This document shows positions 13,530 to 26,799 of a DNA stretch of 64,000 nt, piece after piece (positions within the stretch are counted from its first letter, which is position 1; each line of letters begins with the position of its first letter). A program made the position numbers and the translations under genes. The stretch covers positions 32,116,001 through 32,180,000 of the forward strand of contig OZ024744.1 of NCBI GenBank assembly GCA_964016885.1, read 5' to 3'. Under the pieces are notes generated by a model. It worked only from the letters and a program-made list of their open reading frames with translations, made no database searches and had not been told where the DNA came from. The DNA comes from Eledone cirrhosa (lineage: Eukaryota).

Positions 13530-13984
13530 ATTTTGCTTAGCGTTCGTGATATCTATGGGCTTGTATTCCGTAGCTTTCCTGACCGTTTGGGCAAAATAAA
13601 TTTTGTTGTCTTTGTTGCTTGTTGTTGTAATGTTGTTGGTTTCATTATTTGTGGTGTTATTTTTTTCTTCAAAATTTAGGTTTTCATTCGAATTAATATT
13701 CTCTTTTTTTTCATTGGAGAGGAGGGGCTGTTCAACAGTTTGAACTGTTGTTCCCTCTTTCCCGCTTATTTTTTTTGGTAGGCGTGGCGTTAGCTTCCAA
13801 TATGGCGATATCGTTTTCGACGATATCGATAAACATTTCTGAATTAAATATATTTACCCTACGTCTACAGTCCCAGACCAAGGGTTAGAGTCAATAATAA
13901 AAAACAATTCAAATAATGCATTCACAAATATTCCAGGTAAAAATTCCAAATCGAAGAGCCGATATGAAAGACGTCTACTATCCT

Positions 13985-15001
13985 CAGACAGACAGACAGA
14001 CAGACAGACAGGCAGACACACACACACACACACAGTGACAGACAGACACAGACAGACAGGCACACACAGGCACACCTGCACACACAGACAGACACTGACA
14101 GACAGGCATACACGCACGCACACACACACACACACTGACAGACAGACACATACACAGACAGGCACATAGCCACACATAGACAGATCTGACAGACACACAC
14201 ACAGGCACACACAGACTGACACTGACAGACACACACGCGCACACACACACTGACAGACAGGCACGCACACACACTGACAGACACACACATACATTAACAT
14301 ATACATTCAGACATTATCACACACAGTAACACACACACACATACACACACTCATATACACACAGGCACTAACATATATACACACATACACCTTATCACAC
14401 ACATACACAGATACATTAACATATAAACACATACATTAACACATACACACATACACACTTACATTAACACATACACACATACATACATACATTAACACAT
14501 ACACACATACATTAACACATACACACATACATTAACACATACACACAAACACACATACATTAACACATACACACATACATTAACAGACATATTAGTACTC
14601 ACACATAAACATTAACACACACACAGATTAGCACACATATTAACACACACACACACATTAACAGACATTAACAAACGCACACATTAGCACGCACACATTA
14701 GCACACATATTAACACACACACACATTAACAGACACACATATTAACACACATATTGACACACACACACACATACACATAAACATAAACACATTAACAGAC
14801 AAACACATTAGCACACATATTGATACACACACACACACATTAACAGACGCATACATTAGCACACATATTAACATGCACACACACACACATACATAAACAC
14901 ATTAACAGACAAATACATTAGCACACATATTGATACACACACACACACATTAACATACGCATACATTAGCACACATATTAACACGCACGCACGCACACAC
15001 G

Positions 15002-15034
<33 letters not shown>

Positions 15035-15060
15035 TTGACCACAAAGCATACACACACAAG
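13985..15060. repeat. (GACA)/(CA)/(CATTAACA) compound micro/minisatellite
   Basis: Seen directly. Confidence 0.9.
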
Positions 15061-15279
15061 AATATCCAAGTCAGTCCAGCTGGTCTGGATTGTCCACTTG
15101 AGTTCATACTGTCCACGGTGGACTGTGGATATGTCACTCAAGTGTGGCATGGTGTATCACCAGCCCAATACACTAGAGCTTTGTCAGGGGTGAGAAAATG
15201 ACCCCTTCTTCATATGTATATATATATATATATACGTATGTGTATATATATATGTATATATATATGTATATATATATAG

Positions 15280-15347
<68 letters not shown>

Positions 15348-15404
15348 ATATATATATATATATGTATACATATATGTGTATATATAAGTACTACTACTAT
15401 TACC

Positions 15405-15453
<49 letters not shown>

Positions 15454-15774
15454 TACTACTGCGAGAATTAATACAACAACAACAACAACAACAACAATAA
15501 CAATACTAGTGGGAATTATAATATTCTCAACATCAACAGCAACATCAGCAGCAATAATAAGTTAGTAATAGAATCTTTAACTACAACACAGGATCAAGGA
15601 AGCCATTGAACGCTGACGAACCGTGAACGCTAAATTTTCTCCAGCTTACTTAAACGGATAATAAACAGTGAAGTCGGATTAAGATTAAAATATAGACTGT
15701 ATCAAAAACAACAAAAGGAAAACAACGATGGTGGTGGAAGGGGAAGAGTTTAAGAAGGAAAATATACGGATGGA

Positions 15775-16295
15775 GTAGGGAGGGAGTGAGCGGGGGCTAT
15801 AAGGAGAGTGAAGAGAAAGAGTGAGAGGGAGAGTGTAGTTGCAGTGCAGAGAGGGTAGAATGAGAGAGAGAGTAGGGAGAGAGAGAGAGAGTAGGGAGAC
15901 TGAGACAGAGAGTATGGAGAGACAGAGTAGGGAGATACAGAGAGTAGGGAGAGAAAGAGAGTAAGGAGAGACAGAGAATAGGCAGAAAGAGTAGGGAGAG
16001 ACAGAGAGTAAGGAGGGGGAGTAGGGAGGAGGGAGTGTGAAGTTCCAGAGAAGATAGAGAGAGCGAAAGTACGGAGGAAATTGTATGGAAAGAGAGACCG
16101 AGAGAGAGGAGGGTTAGGAGTGGGTAGAGCGAATAAAGAGTATGAGAAATGGGATAGATAGATACAGTGTAGAGTAGGGAGAGAGTTAGAAAAGAGAGAG
16201 AATTGAAACAGAGTGTAAAGAGAGAGAGTAGTAAAAGAGTATAGAGAGAAAGAGTGATGAGAAGAAGGAGAGAGAGAGAGAAAGGGAGAGGGAGA

Positions 16296-16337
<42 letters not shown>

Positions 16338-16340
16338 CGT
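15775..16340. repeat. Degenerate (GA)-rich purine tract
   Basis: Seen directly. It explains the Leu/Ser ORF 15797-16387. Confidence 0.85.
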
Positions 16341-16384
16341 GAGAGAAGGTATGAGGGGTAAAGGGTGTCGTAGTTTCTTTGATG

Positions 16385-16525
16385 CATAGAGTTACGGCCC
16401 TTTCCAATCTGAGTTCAAATCCCGCCGAGGTTAACTTTGCCTTTCATCCTTACGGGGTCGATAAAATAAAGTACCAGTAATGTACTTGGTAATTGCTGGC
16501 CTTGTGCCTAAAGTAGAAACAATTA
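16385..16525 (+). mobile_element. SINE, 5'-truncated
   Basis: B box GAGTTCAAATCC followed by the standard body. Confidence 0.8.
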
Positions 16526-16807
16526 TATATTACTTGTTAAAAGATGAAAACTTCTTGGATTAAGATGGTCAGCTTTGGCTTGGTCCATTATACATACATA
16601 TTTACATATATACATAGATATATACATATATATATACATACATAGATACATACACATACATACATATATATATATATACTTACATACATATGAACATACA
16701 TACATACATATATACACAGATACATATATACTTACATACATATATACTTACATACATACATACGTGCATGCATACATACATACATACGTACACACACATA
16801 CATACAT

Positions 16808-17283
16808 GGCACTAAGGAATACTGGTGGAACCTGAAAATAAAAACTGCCACCAAATTAAAGCACAACCGGCCTGATATTGTAGTTTGGGACCACACATTG
16901 AAAACGTATTCTGTTGTGGAGATCAGCTGCCCACTTGATGTCAACGTTGTCAGAAAAATACAGGAGAAGGAGGACATCTACGGACCATTGATGAGGAGTT
17001 TACAAATCCAGTATCCAAGATACACCTTTAGCTTCATACCCATCATTATTGGAGCTACAGATTATATACCAACCCGCTTGGACCAAAGTATGACTGAAGT
17101 TGGATTTGTGGACAAAGATCGCAGCTCCCCAATTCATAGACTACAAATGGCTGCGATAGCTGGCACCTTCAAAATTTGCAAGACATTCTTGCGATTCAAT
17201 GGATGACAATTTCTTTTCTTTTACAACCTTGCCACCAGGAAGGTTGCCGGTCAAAATTGTACTCGAAATAAAGAGAAAGAGAA
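16808..17283 (+). pseudogene. 3' end (RLE domain + 3' UTR) of an RLE-type non-LTR element (R4-like) in (CATA)n
   Basis: EYWWNLKIKTATKLKHNRPDIVVWD...VVEISCPLD...EKEDIYGPL...IPIIIGA has the PD..D/E..K endonuclease pattern. AATAAA precedes the (CATA)n. Confidence 0.8.
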
Positions 17284-17596
17284 ACATACATACATACATA
17301 CACACATATAGATGAATATATACATACACACATACATACATTTACAAAGCATATACACATGCAACAGATACAAAGCATATACACATGCACACATACAACT
17401 CAAAACATACACATCCACACATACAATAACATCCATATGTACACACACATGCATACATACATATCTACCTAGTTGATGTTGTGTAAATTCCAATGAGAGA
17501 GTCTTGTGTCTATGTTAGAAACCGACTCTCTCTCTATTGGGAAAAAATTTGTGAAATTATAAAACCAGAAGAACACACACATACATACATACATAC

Positions 17597-18183
17597 ATGG
17601 TGGCTGCCAACTCGTTTTCGAGTACGGCCACTACTTTACATCCATGTAGGATAACCCCTACCGAAGCGCTGAACGAGTGTGACTTTTTAGTCCAGCCAGC
17701 GACTTGAAACCTCTGGTACAAACACAACACCTGTGACAATTATTGACACATAGTGCTAGGCCCATGGTAGGACAATCATTGACACATAGTGCTGGGCCCA
17801 TGTGAGGACAAGTGCAGAGAGATCTCCAGATATAAAGCAATGCCTGTGCCGTGAAGCTTTTATAGTGAGCAAAGGCACTGCACAAAGCCAGTCCCACTCT
17901 CTTAACCAAGATGCTATTTACCAAAAAGAAGAACAAGTCAACATCATTGGATACCATCAGGGTTGCAGGTGTTATATCAGAGTTTTCCTTCTCCTAGAAT
18001 TCTGCCTTGACTAAGGCTAAAGGGGTCATCTCTCCCGGTGATTTTGGATGGCCATTGACTCTTAAGAGCTCCTTTGCCCTTTGACAGGTTTTGTTTTTAG
18101 TCCTGCAGGATGTCCAAAGTCACCCTCCTCACCAAGAAACCTTGGTGGGGTTGCCAGTTTAGTCGCCAACGACCCGACCATGA
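17597..18183 (-). mobile_element. Longer copy of the short RTE-derived bipartite element, with a (TATG)n tail
   Basis: Homologous to 1501-1906 with about 150 extra 5' nt and an internal ~33-bp tandem duplication (MGPALCVND/MGLALCVNN). Confidence 0.7.
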
Positions 18184-18257
18184 GATACATACATACATAC
18201 ATACATACATACATACATACATACATACATACATACATACATACATACATACATACA

Positions 18258-19075
18258 AGATGGCTGCCCCCTCGTCATCGAGTATGGCCATTGCACGAGA
18301 AAAAAAAATACATACATACATACATACATATATGATAGCTGCAAATTCACACTAAGAGTATTGCAATCGCTTGTCAAATTCAGATGTGTGACGCTCGATG
18401 GCTTTTCAAGCCTGCTAGAGACTTGCACTCCTTCTCACATTGACGACAACTATGGATTTCCGCGGCTTGAGGTCTTGCATCAGGTTGCCCGTGAACCTTC
18501 ACAATACCGTAGAGATCATAGTTCACTGGTTGTCTTTGAACATGGCTGCGACTGTGGCTCCTGAGACCAAATTTTCTCAAGCAAATTTGTCCACACTCAG
18601 GGCACTTCAATTCAATGGAGACACCGATCGTTCGAGAGATACACCAGAGCATTGCTAACTCACATCTCGTTTAATCTTCTAGTACTCTATGCGTCTGTCC
18701 TATAACTGATGGACCCCATCATTCACTATTCCACGCCAAGTTTCTCTTTCAAGAGCTTCTATCTCCCAGTCAGCCATCATCAAACCAGTTTTTTTTCAAT
18801 GAGTCCTTTACACAATCCTTGAATCGGAGCTTTGGCTTGTGAGGTTGTCTCTTACCCTCACAAAGCTGGCCATACAAGAGTTGTTTTGGGATTCGATCAT
18901 CCTCCATTCTGCAGAGGTGTCCGGTCCATCGCAAACGCCGTTGGTGGATGATACTCTCAATGCTCCGACACTCAGTTCTCTCAAGAACCTCAACATCACT
19001 CACATGCATCTGCCACTTGATACCAAGCATCTTTCTGAGACACTTCTGGTCAAACCGTTCCAGTCTATGGGTATT
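18258..19075 (-). pseudogene. RTE-clade LINE 3' fragment with two C2H2 zinc fingers
   Basis: RLERFDQKCLRKMLGIKWQ...RRLRWTGHLCRMEDDRIPKQLLYGQL; CPECGQICLRKFGLRSH; [17 protein letters not shown]. Bordered by (CATA)n tracts. Confidence 0.85.
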
Positions 19076-19109
19076 CATACATACATACATACATACATAC
19101 ATACATACA

Positions 19110-19139
<30 letters not shown>

Positions 19140-19140
<1 letters not shown>

Positions 19141-19790
19141 GTCATGAATATAAATATGAAAAAACTTGACCTGGTTACGACGTTCTCGAAAGATATAGAA
19201 ATGGAGTTTGGCGAGGATAAATGTTCATATATGTAAAGCAAAGACTACAAGCCAATCTAGCAACATCTCTATCAATGATCTGTTTCACCAGTATCTGTCA
19301 GGGACTGCTACAAATATTTAGAAATAATGAAAATATATCTCATGATGGAATTTGTAACAAAGAATGTGTAAACAGGGAATATAACAACCAAATAAGACAA
19401 ATATCGTGTTTGGAACTATCTGCACATAATAGGGGCCCACAATGTGTTTTGCTGTACCTGTCCTGACACCAACATTTAGAATACTTGATTGAACGCTAGA
19501 TGAGATCCGAGCCATTGATACTCAAACCCGAAAAGATCTAAACAGCACAGGAAATTTCCTCATCAACATTGACATAGACCGCTACTACATGAAACGTAAA
19601 CAGGGAAGAAGAGGCCTAACATCAGTCCTGCATCTGAGTGTCAAATCATATACCCCCAACAACATCCTCAATCTACTAAGAAGCCCATCTATTGAACAAG
19701 TTTGTCGACATGGGGCAAATAACATCATGAGAGCTGAGAAGGAGCTCCTTGAGAAATACTCACTACATGATAATCAAAAACTTGCAAACT
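19140..19790 (+). pseudogene. Degenerate RT C-terminal/thumb region of an R4-like RLE element
   Basis: Across frameshifts it reads approximately TFSKDIEMEFGEDKC...YKYL...NVFAVPVL...IDTQTRK...IDRYYMKRKQGRRGL. Confidence 0.65.
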
Positions 19791-20390
19791 AGTTTACTTT
19801 GGTTAACTTCAATGATTTTAGCTTTGAGACTTTTCATTGTTAGTCGTGTATATGAGATTCAAGTTTCCTATTTTTATTTCTTTCCAGAATTTTTTTGGGG
19901 ATTTGGCTTTCTTACTGAGGTTATAAATTAGGTTATGTTTGATGTATTTAAATAGTTCAGGGTGGGTTTATTTGGGACTAAAGACGATTACAGTGATGTC
20001 GGTTTGTTAGGCGGAATAGCGCTCTAGTGTTTCAATAATTTTATCTGTTAGTCATGGCAGTGGTTTAGTTGGTGTAGATTATTATGCAATGGAGTCGTAG
20101 TCGCTGCCAATAACAATAGATGCTGTTTAATGTTTATTCTTGAGGGCTGCAGCTTGAAAAGGTTCGCCTTCCTCATATTCATATTTAGTGCGGGTTAGTG
20201 ATTGGGTAATATGGTTGATGTCTGAGGTAGGGATTATAGAGGATGTCTTGGTTCTAGTATATACATTTAGTTCATAATTAGGTTTGTTTTAATAAGTGTA
20301 TTAGTTACAAGTTTGGGATCTGATGGGCTCATCCACTAAATGTTTTGTTTATTGGTTTTGTTTCCTGGGTGTATTATTTACGTATAGGAC

Positions 20391-20575
20391 TGTGGAGTGG
20401 CAGTATCGGTAGAGGGTCGGACGCCATGCTTTCCAGCATAGTTACGTCCCTTTACGATCTGAGTTCAAATCCCGCCGAGGTTGACTTTGCCTTTCATCCT
20501 TACGGGGTCGATAAAATAAAGTACCAGTAATGCACTGGGTAATTGCTGGCCTTGTGCCTAAAGTAGAAACAATTA
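20391..20575 (+). mobile_element. Near full-length tRNA-derived SINE with a ~13-bp target-site duplication
   Basis: A box TGGCAGTATCGG and B box GAGTTCAAATCC. The flanks are TTACGTATAGGAC (20378-20390) and TTACATATAGGAC (20576-20588). Confidence 0.88.
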
Positions 20576-21178
20576 TTACATATAGGACATTCAATAACTT
20601 TGCGTTTGTTCTGGGTATAACTACGTTCGGGTTTATGTATTTGATGATCCCACTTGCTTATTTTAATATATATATATATATATATACATATTTGTAGTAA
20701 TGTTGCTTGGATGCGTCCATATGCGGTATGCCATTTGAGCACTCCTTCGGAGCAGAGTATAATAATATGGAAAACAAAGAATCAGTGTATGTGAGTGTGT
20801 GTGAGTGTGTGTGAGTGTGTGTGTGTGTGTGTGTATGTTCACACAGATAAATGTGCGATCAGGAGCCCGGAATGTCTGTCTATGTGTGAGCACACGTGTG
20901 TGTGGGTGTATAGGTGTCGGGTGAAGGTCAAGCTAGCGAATGGCAAGTCAGCTCATAACCCCTTTCCCGCCTAGCAGTAATTCTGGCGACAGAATTAAGG
21001 TTTGTGACAGCTCACACCTGAATTGAAATGGTCAGTGGGCAGACATGAATGGTCAAACATACAGAAGACGTCTGGAACTCTTGACCAATCGACGGGCCGG
21101 GCAAACAGGATGATGGCAGATGATAAAAATTCTAAGGGTGGGGGTCCAACAGAAAGAGGATTTGCTTCGAAATCACTA

Positions 21179-21271
21179 ACGTATCCGAGGAACTTGCGAA
21201 TCCAGAGTCAGGTTCGATCCACAAACAGATCGTACCTCAAGCTGTTCGCCGGAGAAACAATTGTAATACGT
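21179..21271 (+). ncRNA. Minimal type-I hammerhead-like motif (core CCGAGGA variant) in a Penelope-like terminal fragment
   Basis: ACGTAT-CCGAGGA-stem II (GCGAA/TTCGC)-GAAAC-AATT-GT-A-ATACGT, followed by AATAAA and then (TA)n about 40 nt later. Confidence 0.6.
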
Positions 21272-21310
21272 AATAAATTGTGTTCCGATGCATCACTGAT
21301 TCTTCCTTTT

Positions 21311-22305
<995 letters not shown>

Positions 22306-22312
22306 TATATAT

Positions 22313-22506
22313 AACAAAGGAATTGTGGTAAGGAACCAAATGGACCATAACGCACCAGAGTACTCAATACTTAGGGTAGTAGAGTGGGAAATAGGAAAAA
22401 GTATGACCCCGACGGCAGAGCTCAAGCCGTTTCGACGGCTAATTCTGGACCAGAAATAGCTGTCGAAACGGCTTGAGCTCTGCCGTCGGGGTTATACTTT
22501 TTCCTA
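22313..22506 (-). mobile_element. Family P1 terminal fragment with a ~57-bp-arm fold-back containing the 3' half of a hammerhead
   Basis: GTC-GAAAC-GGCTTGAGCTCTGCC-GT-C-GGGGT is present on both strands. The apex is at about 22449. Confidence 0.7.
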
Positions 22507-22651
22507 TATATATATGTAGATAAATCTACCAAAATATACGGTAGTGTCCAATCCGTATGAAGAACTCAATGTAATCCAAATATCATGAAAAGAGAAGATG
22601 CATTCAAAAATTTTCGATGAAAATCACAGGAAAACATAGTCAAGATAAATT

Positions 22652-22919
22652 AATAAAAACAAAGAACAAGTTCCTTATATTAAAAAATTCACCATTTTAC
22701 GATCGTTTCTAGGATGTATATGTGTGTTGGTATGTATATCATATAGGTCTATGTAAAAATATTACAAACTATCAGAAGAAGGTATGTATATTTCTTCTGA
22801 TAGTTTGTAATATTTTTACATAGATCTATAGGATATACATACCAACACACATATATATCCTAGAAACGATCGTAAAATGATGATTTTTTAATATAAGGAA
22901 CTTGTTCTTTGTTTTTATT
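22652..22919. repeat. Inverted repeat (~130-bp arms) containing a degenerate hammerhead (CTGATAG...GAAAC-GATC-GT-A)
   Basis: The arms are reverse complements around an apex at about 22785. Confidence 0.8.
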
Positions 22920-22976
22920 CATTCTTTTTATTAATTTATATATATATATATTTATATATATATATATATATAATAT

Positions 22977-23034
<58 letters not shown>

Positions 23035-23042
<8 letters not shown>

Positions 23043-23240
23043 ATACTTTGGGAGGGTCATGTTGCCAATAAGAAACACACACACCAGTTGCTTTCACTTC
23101 AATTTATTATAATAAATTTATAAATTTAGGAATTTATAAATTCCTAGATTTATAAATTTATTATAATAAATTGAAGTGAAAGCAACTGGTGTGTGTGTTT
23201 CTTATTGGCAACATGACCCTCCCAAAGTATAACAATATCG
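23035..23240. repeat. Near-perfect palindrome (~100-bp arms) from a Penelope-like fragment
   Basis: ATATTGTTATACTTTGGGAGGGTCATG... is mirrored around about 23137. The same start sequence occurs at 21431. Confidence 0.85.
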
Positions 23241-23292
23241 GTTTCAACACACGTTTTCAGATAAAGAATCTTGCTAAACAAATTCAGAAACG

Positions 23293-23341
<49 letters not shown>

Positions 23342-23499
23342 AGAAAAAAGAGAATCAATGTTGTAACGAAAGGAATTTATTGGACATATATAAATATGTA
23401 GACAGTCGATCGATCTTTTCGTCAAATCGAACCAAGGAAACAATGTTTCTATTGGTCTTTCCAATTGCTAATACTATCTATCGGTCGCAAATAAAGATA

Positions 23500-23605
23500 G
23501 AAAGAGCAACGTGAAATAAAGTGTCTTACCAAAGGACATAACGCATCCCCCGGTCCGGGAATCGAACAGAACCTCACGATTGTGAATCCAATTCTCTAAC
23601 CACTC

Positions 23606-23610
<5 letters not shown>
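23500..23610 (-). mobile_element. Fragment of a second tRNA-derived SINE family
   Basis: Minus strand GTGGTTAGAG...GTTCGATTCCCGG...TGTCCTTTGGTAAGACACTTTATTTCAC. A related copy lies at about 33510-33820. Confidence 0.6.
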
Positions 23611-23657
<47 letters not shown>

Positions 23658-23757
23658 CTCTGGTTCGTTAGAATCTATTGACCGCTTGCCACACATCTCG
23701 GAAGTTGTTTTTCGCTAATTTCCAATAGCCGAAATACGATTCTCGCTAATCTATATT

Positions 23758-24103
<346 letters not shown>

Positions 24104-24332
24104 ATATTAAATTAATGGAAAGTATATTTATAAAACCATATTTATTCTATTATATATATTTCAAGGGTACCAAAAACTTTGGTACGCTTTCATCAGATAA
24201 AATACAAAGTGTGTTTTATAAATTTTGACATAGCCAAGGAACATACCTTATCAGTTGAATTTTCCTTGGATTATCCAAGGAAAATTCAACGTAATTTAAA
24301 TTCAAGAATTTTATATTCTTCGAATGAAAAGA

Positions 24333-24416
24333 ACCTTCTGACGAGAATCTTTCTTTGCAACAAAGGCCGTATGGTCTCCGTTTATTTTTGAGATTCGAAA
24401 CCGATTCGGTAAAGGT
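24333..24416 (+). ncRNA. Type-I hammerhead ribozyme, intact core
   Basis: ACCTT-CTGACGA-GAATC...GATTC-GAAAC-CGATTCG-GT-A-AAGGT. The predicted cleavage is after A24411. Confidence 0.85.
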
Positions 24417-24816
24417 AACTATAGTAGGTAAAGTCAATTTTTTAAAATTTATTTTGAAACTTTTTCATTATTTGCTCAACCTGATTATATATGTTCTGGC
24501 TCGTTAATTTATTAACCTGCCATTGAACCACATTGGCATATGGTTGGACAATACATGTGTCCCTTGGCGCTTTGTGCGTGTAGGAACACATATCCTATTA
24601 TTACTACACTCCTCTATGTTGAGAAAAAAATTTAGTCGTTCCGACTGCTGCTAGTGATAGTGGTGACCGATTGACCTACCTCCCTCTGCCTCTATCTTTA
24701 CTTTCGGCCCTTGAAAAAATTGATTCCACTTCATTTACTTTCATCTCGGGAACAGTTTTGGATAGCGCTAGTTCGTAATTTAAATTCAAGAATTTTATAT
24801 TCTTCGAATGAAAAGA

Positions 24817-24900
24817 ACCTTCTGACGAGAATCATTCTTTGCAACGAAGGCCGTATGGTCTCCGTTTATTTTTGAGATTCGAAACCGATTCGGTAAAGGT
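24817..24900 (+). ncRNA. Type-I hammerhead ribozyme, second copy
   Basis: The core and stems I and III are identical to 24333-24416. The predicted cleavage is after A24895. Confidence 0.85.
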
Positions 24901-24987
24901 AACTATAGTAGGTAAAGTCAATTTTTTAAAATTTATTTTGAAACTTTTTCATTATTTGCTAAACCTGATTATATATATATATTTATA

Positions 24988-25061
<74 letters not shown>

Positions 25062-25067
25062 TACGTT

Positions 25068-25110
25068 GCTCTGATGATCGCCAACAGCGTGAAACAGACA
25101 GTTTGTTAGC
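25068..25110 (+). ncRNA. Minimal type-I hammerhead motif
   Basis: GCT-CTGATGA-TCGC-CAACA-GCGT-GAAAC-AGACAGTTT-GT-T-AGC. Confidence 0.7.
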
Positions 25111-25239
25111 TTCTCTCCCTTCTTTCGTCGAAGAAAAGAAGTAAGTGACATAGTGACTACTTTAAAACCGATAGCGTATGGTCTTCAAGATTTTTTAAAA
25201 TTAAGCATAATGTATATTACCAAATATACTATACATACA

Positions 25240-25356
<117 letters not shown>

Positions 25357-25714
25357 GAAAGGTATAGAAAACATTGTAGCAAAAAGCCAACAGTATTCCA
25401 TAATATATATATATATAAGTGAAGAAATGGGAAAAATAGTTAATATATATATATGTATGTATACATCTATAGGGTAGGTGATTCAGTGAATTACTGGTGG
25501 TGGTACCAAAACAAGCACTCTATGCACAGGCTTAGTGTATATATTAAGAAAAATTATGAAGTTTTGTTTACATGTATTTACATTTTTATTGTGTATCGAC
25601 CTGATGCGCGCATTTAGCAGAAGATTTGCTCAGGGTCACCCATAGAAGTTATGGACCCGACTCCATTATCGATCTGCTCTTCAGACTGGCGATGCGACAA
25701 AAAAAATATAGTAT

Positions 25715-26037
25715 GTGACTGGTACTTTATCTTATCGACCCCGTAAGGATGAAAGTTAACCTCGGCAGGATTTGAACTGAGAACGTAACGGGCCGTAACT
25801 CTATAATGCTAAACATGGTGTCCGACAATCCATCGATACTGCTTCATAATTGTTTCTACTTATGGCACAAGGCCAGCAATTACTCCAGTGCATTACTGGT
25901 ACTTTATTTTATCGACCCCGTAAGGATGAAAGGCAAAGTCAACCTCGGCGGGATTTGAACTCAGATCGTAAAGGGACGTAACTATGCTGGAAAGCATGGC
26001 GTCCGACCCTCTACCGATACTGCCAATCCACCGCCCT
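25715..26037 (-). mobile_element. Two tandem copies of the tRNA-derived SINE
   Basis: A full copy at about 25847-26037 (A and B boxes) and a partial copy at about 25715-25845. Confidence 0.85.
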
Positions 26038-26799
26038 CATTCGATAATAATAACATCTAAAACATGAAATAATAAATATTGTGATCTTTATTAGACTTCG
26101 TGAGTATCTATGTATGTATGTATGACCCCATAACTCCTCGAATGGGCGCCGTTTTGACATACAGCGCTTCTTGGGCAGTTTAAGCCTGGCGGAACCCATC
26201 CCTCTTCAGGCCTGAGTACAGAAGATTTCTTCCAGAGAAAGACAGAGAGTGAGAGAGAGGAAATGAGAAAGAGATATAGAGGAAGAATTCATCCAGTACT
26301 AGACTGGTACGTTTTTTTATCGACCACGAAAAGATGAAAAGCAAAGTTGATCACGGCATGATTTGAACACATAGAGCAGAGAGCCGGAATATATACCATA
26401 AAGTATTCTATCTGACGTTCAAACGACTGTGCCAATTCGCCGCTTATATTAGACGTAGTAGATGTTATAATTAATCTGTTGTATGAAATAATCAAAATGC
26501 ATTGGCATGAAGCGGTATTTGGTTATTTACCATCAGCACCGGATGTCAAACTAAAAACTTACAATGGTTTTTAACGTTAGCTATCCGTAGACTCGTACTT
26601 ACTAATGGAGTATTAATGCTTCCGGTGTGAGAAGATTTCAAGACACTAACGTTATCCGCAGATCTTATCTAAGACCACTTGTCAACAAGGAAATTTGATT
26701 ATTCATATGAAACAAAGCTACAAAAGGAAAGATGGACAGGAGCGGGCGGTGTGATATGGGAATGAAGAGGGTGGTTAGAGGTGGTTAATGGTGGTGGCA

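Larger units (their letters stand above)
8422..13984 (-). mobile_element. Full-length Tx1-like (L1 clade) non-LTR retrotransposon 'A' in a (GACA)/(CA) compound repeat
   Basis: It has ORF1 with a zinc knuckle, ORF2 APE-RT-CCHC, and AATAAA about 8 nt from the 3' end. The same CACACAGTGACAGACAGACAGGCA-type repeat lies on both flanks. Confidence 0.92.

Noticed and set aside
20391-20575. Possible tRNA gene (A and B boxes)
   Set aside because: No cloverleaf is evident. It is multi-copy with a shared 3' body and a target-site duplication, so it is a SINE.
19790-20660. Possible Penelope N-terminal coding relic on the minus strand
   Set aside because: Too decayed to show a diagnostic motif.
25595-25640. 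Hammerhead-like fold on the minus strand (GACC-CTGAGCA...AAATGCGCGCATC-AGGTC)
   Set aside because: Both core segments deviate (CTGAGCA, and TAAA instead of GAAA). It is too degenerate to call.
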